Position numbers and translations under genes: made by a program
NCBI GenBank assembly: GCA_044869815.1
Contig: JBIOXS010000097.1
Coordinates: forward strand, 9,969-73,968
Source: Candidatus Rokuibacteriota bacterium
GTDB lineage: Bacteria > Methylomirabilota > Methylomirabilia > Rokubacteriales > CSP1-6
Direction: 5' to 3'
Length of the DNA: 64,000 nucleotides
The notes under the pieces: generated by a model
Databases searched by the model: none
Seen by the model: only the letters and a program-made list of their open reading frames with translations
What the model was told of the DNA's origin: nothing
Part shown: piece after piece, positions 25,165 to 33,802 of the stretch
Position numbering within the stretch: the stretch's first letter is position 1
How the letters are laid out: each line of letters starts with the position of its first letter

Positions 25165-26862
25165 ATGGCCAACGGAGCCCGTTCCCGTCTCCTTGGCGAG
25201 ATCCTCGTCGCCGAAGGACTGACGAGCCCCGACGCCGTCGAGCGCGCACTCGCGCGCCAGCGGACGACCGGGGAGCTCATCGGCCAGGCGCTCGTCGCTC
25301 TCGGCGTCGTCACTCAGGACGAGGTCCTGCGCGCGCTCGCCACTCAACAGGATCTGCCGTTCCTGCCGCGTGACGAGATGCCGTCCGCGCTGCCGGTGCT
25401 CAAGAACCTGTCGGCGAAGTACCTGCGGACCTATGCCGTGTGTCCGGTGAGCGTCGAGGGCGGCCTGATGACCGTCGCCACCTCCGACCCTCGGAACCCT
25501 GTCGTCGTGGACGACCTGCGCCAGACGACCGGCCTCAGCGTCAAGCTCGTCATCAGCTCACCGGAGGCGATCACGGAGGCGATCGATCGGACCTACGACG
25601 GGGCCAACGCCTCGGCACTGCAGCGCATCGTCGAGGGCATGGACGATGAGCGCGGCGGCGAAGGCGACGAGGACGTCAGCCATCTGCGCGACATGGCCTT
25701 CGAGGCGCCGGTGGTACGGCTGGTCAATCTGCTGGTGGAGAACGCGATCACCGCCGAGGCCTCGGACATCCACATCGAGCCGTTCGAGGACACGCTGCGG
25801 ATCCGCTATCGCATCGACGGCATCCTGTACGACCAGGAGGCGCCGCCGCGGCGTCTGCAGGCCGCCGTCACCTCGCGGATCAAGATCATGGCCGAGATGA
25901 ACATCGCCGAGCGGCGCCTGCCGCAGGACGGTCGCATCCGCGTGAACCTACACGGCACGCGGGTCGACATCCGCGTGTCCACGATGCCGACGGTGCACGG
26001 CGAATCGATCGTCATGCGGCTCCTGCAGCGCTCGAGCGTCTTCCTGCCGCTCGACAAGCTCGGCTTCCCGGCCGACACGCTGAAGCGCTTCGAGTCGCTG
26101 ATCAAGCGCCCGCACGGCATCATTCTCGTCACCGGGCCCACCGGCTCGGGCAAGACGACCACGCTCTACGGCGCCCTCGACAAGATCAACTCGCCCGACC
26201 GCAAGATCATCACCGTCGAGGATCCCGTCGAGTACCAGCTCAAGGGCGTGAACCAGATCCCGGTGAAGCCGAAGATCGGCCTCACCTTCGCCACCGGGCT
26301 GCGCCACATCGTCCGCCAGGACCCCGACGTCATCCTCGTCGGCGAGATCCGCGATCTGGAGACAGCCGAGATCGCCATCCAGGCCTCGCTGACCGGTCAC
26401 CTCGTCTTCTCGACCCTGCACACGAACGACGCCCCGGCCGCCATCACGCGCCTGCAAGATATGGGGGTCGAGCCCTACCTGGTCGCCTCCGTGCTCGAGG
26501 CGGTGCTCGCGCAGCGACTCGTACGCCGGATCTGCGGCGCCTGCCGCGTCCAGGACACGCCGAACGCGGCCGATCTCGACGCGCTCGGGGTGACGGCGCC
26601 CGCGGGCACGCGGCTGTTCCGTGGCAAGGGCTGCGAGGAGTGTCGCGGCACCGGCTACCGCGGCCGGATGGGGATCTACGAGCTATTCCCCATCACCGAG
26701 GACGCGCGCAGCCTGGTACTCCGGCGCGCGGCCGCGCGCGACATCCGGCACTACGCGATCTCGGCCGGCATGGTGACGCTGCGGATGGACGGCTGGCGCC
26801 GGGCGTGCGAGGGGCTCACGACGATCGAGGAGATCCTGCGCGTGACCCAGGAAGACGCCTGA
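25165..26862 (+). CDS. gspE: Type II secretion / type IV pilus assembly ATPase
   Basis: ORF 25165..26862. Walker [11 protein letters not shown], Walker B ILVGEIRD, His box [12 protein letters not shown], and tetracysteine CGACRV...[13 protein letters not shown]-terminal T2SSE_N/MshEN-like helices. Confidence 0.93.
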   Translation: MANGARSRLLGEILVAEGLTSPDAVERALARQRTTGELIGQALVALGVVTQDEVLRALATQQDLPFLPRDEMPSALPVLKNLSAKYLRTYAVCPVSVEGGLMTVATSDPRNPVVVDDLRQTTGLSVKLVISSPEAITEAIDRTYDGANASALQRIVEGMDDERGGEGDEDVSHLRDMAFEAPVVRLVNLLVENAITAEASDIHIEPFEDTLRIRYRIDGILYDQEAPPRRLQAAVTSRIKIMAEMNIAERRLPQDGRIRVNLHGTRVDIRVSTMPTVHGESIVMRLLQRSSVFLPLDKLGFPADTLKRFESLIKRPHGIILVTGPTGSGKTTTLYGALDKINSPDRKIITVEDPVEYQLKGVNQIPVKPKIGLTFATGLRHIVRQDPDVILVGEIRDLETAEIAIQASLTGHLVFSTLHTNDAPAAITRLQDMGVEPYLVASVLEAVLAQRLVRRICGACRVQDTPNAADLDALGVTAPAGTRLFRGKGCEECRGTGYRGRMGIYELFPITEDARSLVLRRAAARDIRHYAISAGMVTLRMDGWRRACEGLTTIEEILRVTQEDA

Positions 26863-26866
26863 GGCG

Positions 26867-28078
26867 ATGCCGGTCTTCGTCTACAAAGCCGCGGATCGTC
26901 GCGGCCAGACGGTGGATGGCGTCATGGAGGCGGCGGACGCTCGGGCGGTGGTCGAGCGACTCCACAAGGAAGCCTACTACCCCATCCGGGTGGCCCCTCA
27001 CGGCGAGCGCAGCGGCTTTCTCTCGCTCGGCGTGTCGTCGCGCATCCGGCAGCGCGACCTCCTCGCCCTGACCCAGCAACTCGCCACCCTGTTCGAGGCC
27101 GGCCTGCCGCTCGACCGCGCGCTCTCGATCCTGCAAGAGCTCGCCGACGGCGCGCGCGTGAAGGCGATCGTGAGCGATCTGCTGCACAGCGTTCGCGGCG
27201 GCGCGTCGTTCAGCGAGGCGCTCGCCAAGCATCATCCGCGACCGTTCTCCCGCCTCTACATCAACATGGTGCGGGCGGGCGAAAAGGGCGGTGTGCTCGA
27301 GGTCTCGCTGCGACGGCTGGCGGAATTCCTCGAGGCCCGGGCCGCCTTCAACGAGGCGGTGCTCTCGGCGCTGGCCTACCCGCTCGTCATCACCACCGTC
27401 GGCGCCGGCGCCATTGTCTTCCTGATGACCTTCGTCATCCCGCGCTTCGCCTCCATCTTCCAGGACCTGGGCCAGACGATCCCCCTGCCGACCCAGATCT
27501 TGCTGAGCATCAGCGCGGGACTGCAGACGTACTGGTGGGTCGGCGCCCTCATCGCGCTCGTCGCCATCCTGGCCTGGCGTGTGTGGACGGCCAACCCCGA
27601 GGGACGGCGCGCCGCGGACCAGACACTGCTGGGGCTGCCCCTGATCGGCCCGCTCACGATGAAGGTGGAGACCGCGCGCTTTGCCCGCACGCTCGGCACC
27701 ATGCTGCGCTCCGGCGTGCCCGTGCTCGGGGCCATGGGCGTCGTCGGCGACATGATGTCGAACCAGGCGGTCGGGTTGGCCGTCTCGCGGCTCGCCGAGG
27801 GCGTCAAGCGCGGTGGCACCATCGCCGCCGGCATGCAGCAGCACGGTGCCTTTCCCGCGCTGGCCGTTCACATGGTGCGTGTGGGCGAGGAGACGGGCCG
27901 GCTCGAAGAGATGCTGCTGAAGGTGGCGGACACCTTCGAGACGGACGTCCGCACGGATCTCAAGCGCGTGCTCGGGCTGCTCGAGCCGGCGATCATCCTG
28001 GCCATGGGGGTCCTCGTGGCGTTCATCGTGGTCGCGATGCTGCTCGCCATCTTCTCGATCAACGAGATGCCGCTGTGA
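26867..28078 (+). CDS. gspF: Type II secretion inner-membrane platform protein
   Basis: ORF 26867..28078 (403 aa). Two GspF/PilC repeats and three predicted TM segments. Motif LPLDRALSIL. Confidence 0.9.
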   Translation: MPVFVYKAADRRGQTVDGVMEAADARAVVERLHKEAYYPIRVAPHGERSGFLSLGVSSRIRQRDLLALTQQLATLFEAGLPLDRALSILQELADGARVKAIVSDLLHSVRGGASFSEALAKHHPRPFSRLYINMVRAGEKGGVLEVSLRRLAEFLEARAAFNEAVLSALAYPLVITTVGAGAIVFLMTFVIPRFASIFQDLGQTIPLPTQILLSISAGLQTYWWVGALIALVAILAWRVWTANPEGRRAADQTLLGLPLIGPLTMKVETARFARTLGTMLRSGVPVLGAMGVVGDMMSNQAVGLAVSRLAEGVKRGGTIAAGMQQHGAFPALAVHMVRVGEETGRLEEMLLKVADTFETDVRTDLKRVLGLLEPAIILAMGVLVAFIVVAMLLAIFSINEMPL

Positions 28079-28518
28079 GGCCCCGGCGCCTCCGCCTCCG
28101 CTCCGACCGCGGCTTCACGCTCATCGAGCTGCTCGTCGTGATCATCGTGCTGGGCTTGCTGGTCGGTCTCGTCGGCCCGCGTTTGTTCCAGAACGTCGGG
28201 AAATCCAAGCAGGCCGCGGCCAAGGCGCAGATCGAGCTCTTCGGCGCCGCCCTGGACCAGTACCGACTCGACGTCGGCTCCTATCCGAACGGGTCGCAGG
28301 GACTGGAGGCGCTCCAGAAGAATCCGAACGTCCAGAACTGGAACGGGCCCTACCTCAAGAAATCGGTGCCGAAGGATCCATGGGGTGAGGCGTACAAGTA
28401 CCGGTGCTGCCCGGGCCAGTTCGGCGACTACGACATCTGGTCCGAGGGCGCCGACAAGACGCCCGGTGGCGAGGGCGAGAACGCGGACGTCGTCTCGTGG
28501 GATGTGGAGAAGCGCTAG
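28075..28518 (+). CDS. gspG: Major pseudopilin
   Basis: C-terminal 147 aa of ORF 27535..28518, from GTG 28075 (GTGA overlap with gspF). Prepilin motif G|FTLIELLVVI. Motifs: KAQIELFGAALDQYRLD and PKDPWGEAYKY. Confidence 0.9.
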   Translation: MRPRRLRLRSDRGFTLIELLVVIIVLGLLVGLVGPRLFQNVGKSKQAAAKAQIELFGAALDQYRLDVGSYPNGSQGLEALQKNPNVQNWNGPYLKKSVPKDPWGEAYKYRCCPGQFGDYDIWSEGADKTPGGEGENADVVSWDVEKR

Positions 28519-28948
28519 TCGCGGCTTCACGCTCCTCGAGCTGATCGTCACGCTGTTCGTGATCGTGTTGACGATCGGGCTCGCCGTGCCCGTCGTCGGC
28601 CGCAGCTCGAGCGCGATCCGCGCGCGGGCCGACGTGGCCGGGTTCTCGGCCGTCCTGCGCCACGCCCGCGAGCGCGCGATCACCAGTCGCCGAACCCATG
28701 CCGTCGTGATCGATCCCACCGCGCGCAAGATGACCGTGTTCGCCGGCGGCGCGGACGGCGACGTCAAGGAAACGCGCGCGCTGCCGGAGCGACTCACCGT
28801 GCAGGCCACACCGCCGCCGGCGCTCACCGTGCGCTTCGAGCCCGAGGGAACCTCCTCGGGCGCCGACTACCGCGTGACCGCGGGCGACGTCGTCTATCGC
28901 GTCACCGTCGATCCGGTCACCGGCCGCGTCAAGAACACCAAGCTATGA
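28502..28948 (+). CDS. gspH: Minor pseudopilin (GspH-like by position and size)
   Basis: Residues 40-187 of ORF 28385..28948. MWRSASRG|FTLLELIVTLFV prepilin N-terminus. Confidence 0.65.
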   Translation: MWRSASRGFTLLELIVTLFVIVLTIGLAVPVVGRSSSAIRARADVAGFSAVLRHARERAITSRRTHAVVIDPTARKMTVFAGGADGDVKETRALPERLTVQATPPPALTVRFEPEGTSSGADYRVTAGDVVYRVTVDPVTGRVKNTKL

Positions 28949-29361
28949 CGCGCCCGAGCCTCGCTCCTCGCGGCGGCGGATTCACGTTGCTCGAGGTTCT
29001 CGTGGCGCTGGCGATCTTGAGCTTCGCCATCGTGGTTTCGATCCAGGCCTTCGCGGGTGGACTCAGGCTCCTGAAGCTCTCGGGGGAGCATCAGGAAGCG
29101 ATGCTGATCGCGGATCAGAAGGCGCGAGAGATCGTTTCGCCGACATCGGGCGGCGTGGAAAGCGGCACCGAAGGGGCCTATACGTGGGAGCGCGAGGTGA
29201 AGATCGTGGCCACGCCGGACCTCGACGTGGAAGGCCGCGTGGTGAGGTGGCGCGTCTGGGAGGTCGACGTGCGCGTGCGCTGGGGTGATCGCCGGCAGGT
29301 CTCGGTGGCGACGTTGCGCACCGTTGCCGGCGAGGGCGACCGCACGAGGCAGCGACCATGA
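28945..29361 (+). CDS. gspI: Minor pseudopilin (GspI-like)
   Basis: ORF 28945..29361. ...PRGGG|FTLLEVLVALAIL. The size (138 aa) and position fit GspI. Confidence 0.65.
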   Translation: MTRPSLAPRGGGFTLLEVLVALAILSFAIVVSIQAFAGGLRLLKLSGEHQEAMLIADQKAREIVSPTSGGVESGTEGAYTWEREVKIVATPDLDVEGRVVRWRVWEVDVRVRWGDRRQVSVATLRTVAGEGDRTRQRP

Positions 29362-29972
29362 GGCGCTCGCGCGGCTTCACGCTGCTCGAGGTCCTGATCG
29401 CCATCTCGATCGTCGGCGCCCTGCTCGTCATCGCCTTCGGTGGCCTGCGGGTGGCCATCGCCGCGTGGCGCCAGGGAGAGACGCGGGTGGAGGCGCACCA
29501 GCACATCCGCGCGGTGGCCTACACGCTCTCGCGCGCGCTCGGCGCGGCCTATCCGTACCGCGCCACCAAGGGCACGTCGCCGGAGGTGGTCGTGCTGTTC
29601 GACGGCACCGAGAAGCGGTTGGAGTTCGTCACGCACTCCCCGCCGCTGCCGCTGCAGGCGCCGATCGCCTTCACCGCCGTCGGCATCGCCCTCGAGGAGG
29701 GCGACGAGCCCGGACTCGTCGTCCGCGAGCGAGCGCTCCCCAACCGCGATCCGTTCACGGAAGGCACCGTCGTGATGCGCGACCCGAGCGTCACCTCCCT
29801 GGCCTTGAGCTTTCTCAGCGAGGACGGCAACTGGGTGGACACCTGGAACGGGCAGGACACCAAGACCATCCCGCGGTCGATCCAGCTGAAGCTCGGGGTG
29901 ACCCTCAACGGTCGTACTCAGGCCATGCCGCCGATCACCGTCACCCTGCGCGCCGCCCCGGTGCCGAGATGA
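29358..29972 (+). CDS. gspJ: Minor pseudopilin (GspJ-like)
   Basis: ORF 29358..29972. MRRSRG|FTLLEVLIAISIV. 204 aa. Confidence 0.65.
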   Translation: MRRSRGFTLLEVLIAISIVGALLVIAFGGLRVAIAAWRQGETRVEAHQHIRAVAYTLSRALGAAYPYRATKGTSPEVVVLFDGTEKRLEFVTHSPPLPLQAPIAFTAVGIALEEGDEPGLVVRERALPNRDPFTEGTVVMRDPSVTSLALSFLSEDGNWVDTWNGQDTKTIPRSIQLKLGVTLNGRTQAMPPITVTLRAAPVPR

Positions 29973-30934
29973 GCGCCACCAACCGTCCCCGCACGACCAG
30001 CCGTCGGTACAGATGCGACCGCCGCGGGTTCGCGCTCATCGCGGTGCTGCTCGTACTGGCCATGGTGGGCGTCATCGGCGCGGAGTTCGCGTATTCGATG
30101 CGGCTCGAGGCCACGTCGGTGCGATCGTTCAAGGACAACCTCATCGCCGGTCACCTCGCCGAGGCCGCCGTCGAGCAGGCCATACGCGAGATCGCCGGCG
30201 ACGTGGCCTTCGTCGCCACCGACGACGACGGCGCCCTCACGTTCTACACGCGCGATCGGGTCGCGCTGCCGCGCCTGGCCCGCTCGAACGTGCCCCTCGG
30301 CGGCGGGCACTTCACCTACCGGGTCACCGACGAGGAGTCGCGGCTGAACCTCAACGCAGCGACACCGGACCGCGTGGAGCGTCTGCTGCAAGCGCTCGGC
30401 GTCGACAAGATCGAGCGCGACGCGATCAACGACAGCCTTCAGGACTGGCGCGACGCCAACGAGGAGCACCGGATCAACGGCGCCGAGAGCGACGACACGT
30501 ATCTGAAGCTGCCGCTGCCGTACCGGTCCAAGAACGCGGCTCTCGACTCGATCACCGAGTTGCTCCAGATCAAGGGCGTGACCTCGGCGATCTTTCACGG
30601 CACCGCCGGCAAGCCGGGCCTCGCCGCCTACGTCACGGTGAAGAGTCCGGGGCAGGTCAATCTGAACACCGCCCCCTGCCTCGTGCTGAAGGCGCTCGGC
30701 TTCGGCGATGCCGAATGCACCGCCATCGACCAGGCCCGACGTGGCGCTCCCTACACCACCGTGCCCGGACAGTTCGGCGGACGCGGCCTTGGCACGACGA
30801 CGCGCACGTTCCGCGTCGAGGCGGAGGGAATCATCGGCGGCGAGGTGCGCGCGCGACTCACCGCGATCCTGCAGCGACGCGCCGACGCGGCCAACGACAG
30901 CCTCGACGTGCTCGAATGGTCGGGCGTGCGATGA
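29969..30934 (+). CDS. gspK: Minor pseudopilin GspK-like (no Glu+5)
   Basis: Residues 229-549 of ORF 29285..30934, from ATG 29969 (ATGA overlap). ...DRRG|FALIAVLLVL lacks the E5 residue, as expected for GspK. Motifs: ESRLNLN, DWRDANEE, GQVNLNTAP. Confidence 0.8.
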   Translation: MSATNRPRTTSRRYRCDRRGFALIAVLLVLAMVGVIGAEFAYSMRLEATSVRSFKDNLIAGHLAEAAVEQAIREIAGDVAFVATDDDGALTFYTRDRVALPRLARSNVPLGGGHFTYRVTDEESRLNLNAATPDRVERLLQALGVDKIERDAINDSLQDWRDANEEHRINGAESDDTYLKLPLPYRSKNAALDSITELLQIKGVTSAIFHGTAGKPGLAAYVTVKSPGQVNLNTAPCLVLKALGFGDAECTAIDQARRGAPYTTVPGQFGGRGLGTTTRTFRVEAEGIIGGEVRARLTAILQRRADAANDSLDVLEWSGVR

Positions 30935-32472
30935 CCGGCAAAGTTTTGCAGATCGCGGGGTTATCTCGTACCCTACACGCCGTGAACTTCAGGCCGATCA
31001 GGCTTTCGGTGGCGCTGCTCGGCGACCGTCTCGCCGTTGCGGTCCTCAGCGGCTCTCGCGTCGAAGCCTTCACGGTCGATGCCGAGAGTCCTGCGGTCGC
31101 GCTGCGCGCTGAGCTCGAGGCGCGCCGACTGCCCGCGCGTGCCGCATCGCTGGGCGTGGCGCGGAGCGCCGTGTCCGTCAAGCAGATCGAGCTTCCGGCC
31201 GTCGCCGGCGACACGCGCGAGATGGTCGGCTTCGAGCTCGAGCGCCATCTGCCCTTCCCCGCCGAGGACGCGACCTTCGACTTCGTCGCCGTGCCCCCCG
31301 AGCCCGCCGCCGAGCGCGGCGGGCCCGTCGGACAGCGCGTGCTGATCACCGCGGCCGACCGGCGCGTCGTCGACGCCGCGCTGCGCCTCGCCGACGAAGC
31401 GCGTCTCCGCCCGCTATCGCTCACCGTCGCCGTGCACAACCTGCCCGTGCTGGCGCGGCTCCGTCGCGACCGACGCGTGGCGTGGGTCCACCGCGCCGGC
31501 GAGGCGATCGATCTGCTCCTGCTCCAGGGCGAGGCGCTGCTGCTGAGCCGGAGCCTGCCGCCGGGCGAGGACGCGGCGATCGCCGAGGAAATCCAGCGCT
31601 CGATCGCCGCCGTCCGCTGGCGGGACTGCAACGCGATCTGGCTCTCCGGCGACGAGCCGCCCGACGGGCTCGGCTCGGCTCCGCTGACATCGCTGGGCGT
31701 GCCGGTCACGGAGCCGGCATGGACGCCGGTCGCCCGGCAACGCCTCGCGGGACTTGCGCCCGAGCAGCGCGGCGCGCTCCAGCTGGCAGTGGCGCTCGTC
31801 TCGAGCCGCGGCGCGCAGCCGCTCGAGCTGTTGCCGGCCACCGTCCGACCCCGGCGGCTCAGCCGCCCGCAGGCGATCACGCTCGGCATGACGGCGGTCA
31901 CGACCGTGCTCGCCGTTCTCGCGCTGCTGGCGCCAGGCTGGCGCGAGCAACGTCATCTCAAGCGCGTGAACGCGGAGATCGCGCGCCTCGAGCCGACCGT
32001 GAAGGAGGCCGATCGCGTGGTGCGCGAGCTCGAGCGCAAGCGCAAGCTGATCGCCACCGTCGACAGTATCGAGTCGACGGGCATCCGGCCGCTGCCCGTG
32101 CTCCGCGACCTGACCGAGCTCCTGCCCGGCGACGCGTGGCTCACCACGGTGTCGCTCGACTCGAAGGGCGTCGAGCTGACGGGCGCGGCGTCGGCGGCGA
32201 GCACGCTCATTCCCCTCCTCGAGAACTCATCGCGGCTCGAGCGCGTGGAGTTCTCATCGCCGGTCACCCGCGGCCGCGACAACAAGGAGCAGTTCCGGAT
32301 CCGCGCCGCGTGGGAGCCCGGCGGCGGAGGCGTGCCGTCTGCGGCCACATCAGCCGTGCCCGGCGCAGGGACCGTCACGCCGCCTGCGCCCGGAGCTCCG
32401 CCCGCGACGTCCGGCGTCCCCGCGGCGGCGCCGCCGCGCCGTCCGGTTCAGCCCGGAGCCGCGCGACAGTGA
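30931..32472 (+). CDS. gspL: GspL-like assembly protein built as a PilM-like cytoplasmic domain + TM + PilN-like periplasmic domain
   Basis: Residues 307-819 of ORF 30013..32472, from ATG 30931 (ATGA overlap). FELERHLPFPAEDATFDF is PilM/GspL-like. It is followed by TM ITLGMTAVTTVLAVLALLA, a coiled coil, a PilN-like ...LTTVSLDSKGVELTGAA segment and a Pro-rich tail. Confidence 0.75.
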   Translation: MTGKVLQIAGLSRTLHAVNFRPIRLSVALLGDRLAVAVLSGSRVEAFTVDAESPAVALRAELEARRLPARAASLGVARSAVSVKQIELPAVAGDTREMVGFELERHLPFPAEDATFDFVAVPPEPAAERGGPVGQRVLITAADRRVVDAALRLADEARLRPLSLTVAVHNLPVLARLRRDRRVAWVHRAGEAIDLLLLQGEALLLSRSLPPGEDAAIAEEIQRSIAAVRWRDCNAIWLSGDEPPDGLGSAPLTSLGVPVTEPAWTPVARQRLAGLAPEQRGALQLAVALVSSRGAQPLELLPATVRPRRLSRPQAITLGMTAVTTVLAVLALLAPGWREQRHLKRVNAEIARLEPTVKEADRVVRELERKRKLIATVDSIESTGIRPLPVLRDLTELLPGDAWLTTVSLDSKGVELTGAASAASTLIPLLENSSRLERVEFSSPVTRGRDNKEQFRIRAAWEPGGGGVPSAATSAVPGAGTVTPPAPGAPPATSGVPAAAPPRRPVQPGAARQ

Positions 32473-33038
32473 TCGCCAATCTTTCCCCACGCGAACGGAC
32501 CATCGTCCTGGCCGGGGGCGGCTTGCTCCTCGTGGTCCTCGCCTGGCTGTTCGTGGTCGCTCCCCTGCGCGATCGCAGCCGCGCGGCCGCCGACCTCGTG
32601 CCCGAGCGGGAGCGCGCCCTCACGCGCCGGCTCGACCTGCTCGCTCGACGCAATCACATCACGACGGAGCTCGAGGCCGCCACCGGGCGCGTCGATCGCC
32701 TGACGTCGCGGCTGCTGACCGCCGCGGCCCCGGCCGTTGCGGCCTCCGAGCTGCAGAAGCTCGTGAAGGACATGGCGGCGGAGGCGACGACGGAGATCCG
32801 CAGCGAGCGTATCCTGCCGCCCGAGGAGCGGGGCGAGCTGCTCGAGATCCCCGTCGAGATCGCCGTCTCGGCGGAGATCCGCCAGCTGGTCGACCTCCTC
32901 GCCCGGGTCGAGGGCTCGCAAAAGCTCTTGACCGTCAAAGACCTGCGGGTCAGAGTAGTCAACGTCAGCCAGCCGCGGGAATTGCTGGCGACTTTGACCG
33001 TTTCGGGGTTCATCCTGCCGAGCAAAGCTAAAGTGTGA
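32469..33038 (+). CDS. gspM: GspM/PilO-like assembly protein
   Basis: C-terminal 189 aa of ORF 31482..33038, from GTG 32469 (GTGA overlap). Single N-terminal TM, coiled coil, ferredoxin-like C-terminus. Confidence 0.7.
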   Translation: MIANLSPRERTIVLAGGGLLLVVLAWLFVVAPLRDRSRAAADLVPERERALTRRLDLLARRNHITTELEAATGRVDRLTSRLLTAAAPAVAASELQKLVKDMAAEATTEIRSERILPPEERGELLEIPVEIAVSAEIRQLVDLLARVEGSQKLLTVKDLRVRVVNVSQPRELLATLTVSGFILPSKAKV

Positions 33039-33802
33039 TGCCAAGACGATTCGTAGCCTTGAACGTCGTGCTCGCCGCGCTATCCGCGGTGTTGATCGCC
33101 TACATCGTGCGCCAGCTGGTGATGCCGACGCCGTTGCCGGTGGGCGGCCGCCGCGCCGCCGCTACCACGGTCGTGCCGGCCGCCGTCGAGACGCCGCGGG
33201 CGCCGGCAGGGGCCTACACGGTCGTCGCCGCACGGAATCTCTTCAGTCCCGCCCGGACCGAGTCGCCGACGAGCACGACCACGGCTGCCGCCTCGCCGCT
33301 CGTGAGGCCCAACCTCTTCGGCATCGTGGTGCGCGACGGCGGCTCCATCGCGTATCTGGAGGACCCGGCCACCAAGCGCGTCGTCGGCTACCGCGTGGGC
33401 GACAAGGTCGTCGGCGGCACCGTGCAGACGATCAAGGCCGACAGCATCGTGATCGAGCGCCCGGAAGGTCCCCTCGACGTCCGGCTTCGCGATCCCGGCA
33501 AGCCGCGCACGGCGGCGATGCCGGGCCAGCCGGGCGCGCCGCAGATTGGCGCGATGCCGCCGGGCACGCTGCAGCCGGGACAACCGGGGGCGGTGTTACC
33601 CGGGGTCATTCCGCCGGCGGCATCGGTGCCAGCGCCGCAGGTGGCCCAGCCTCAAGTCCCGCAGCCCGCGCAGCCGCCTGGCGTGGTCGCGCCGGGCACG
33701 CAGTCGCCGATGGTCGTGCCGCCGGCGGGCGCTCGCCGCCCATTGCCGCCGAACCTGCTACGTCGTATGCCTCCGGGCATGGGCGATGCGCCGCAGCAGT
33801 AA
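33035..33802 (+). CDS. gspC: GspC/PilP-like protein with HR domain and Pro/Gln-rich tail (no PDZ)
   Basis: ORF 33035..33802. N-terminal TM, then RNLFSP, then LFGIVVRDGGSIAYLEDPATKRVVGYRVGDKVVGGTVQTIKADSIVIERPEG (HR/PilP-like beta domain), then about 100 aa of P/Q/G-rich sequence. Confidence 0.7.
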   Translation: MMPRRFVALNVVLAALSAVLIAYIVRQLVMPTPLPVGGRRAAATTVVPAAVETPRAPAGAYTVVAARNLFSPARTESPTSTTTAAASPLVRPNLFGIVVRDGGSIAYLEDPATKRVVGYRVGDKVVGGTVQTIKADSIVIERPEGPLDVRLRDPGKPRTAAMPGQPGAPQIGAMPPGTLQPGQPGAVLPGVIPPAASVPAPQVAQPQVPQPAQPPGVVAPGTQSPMVVPPAGARRPLPPNLLRRMPPGMGDAPQQ

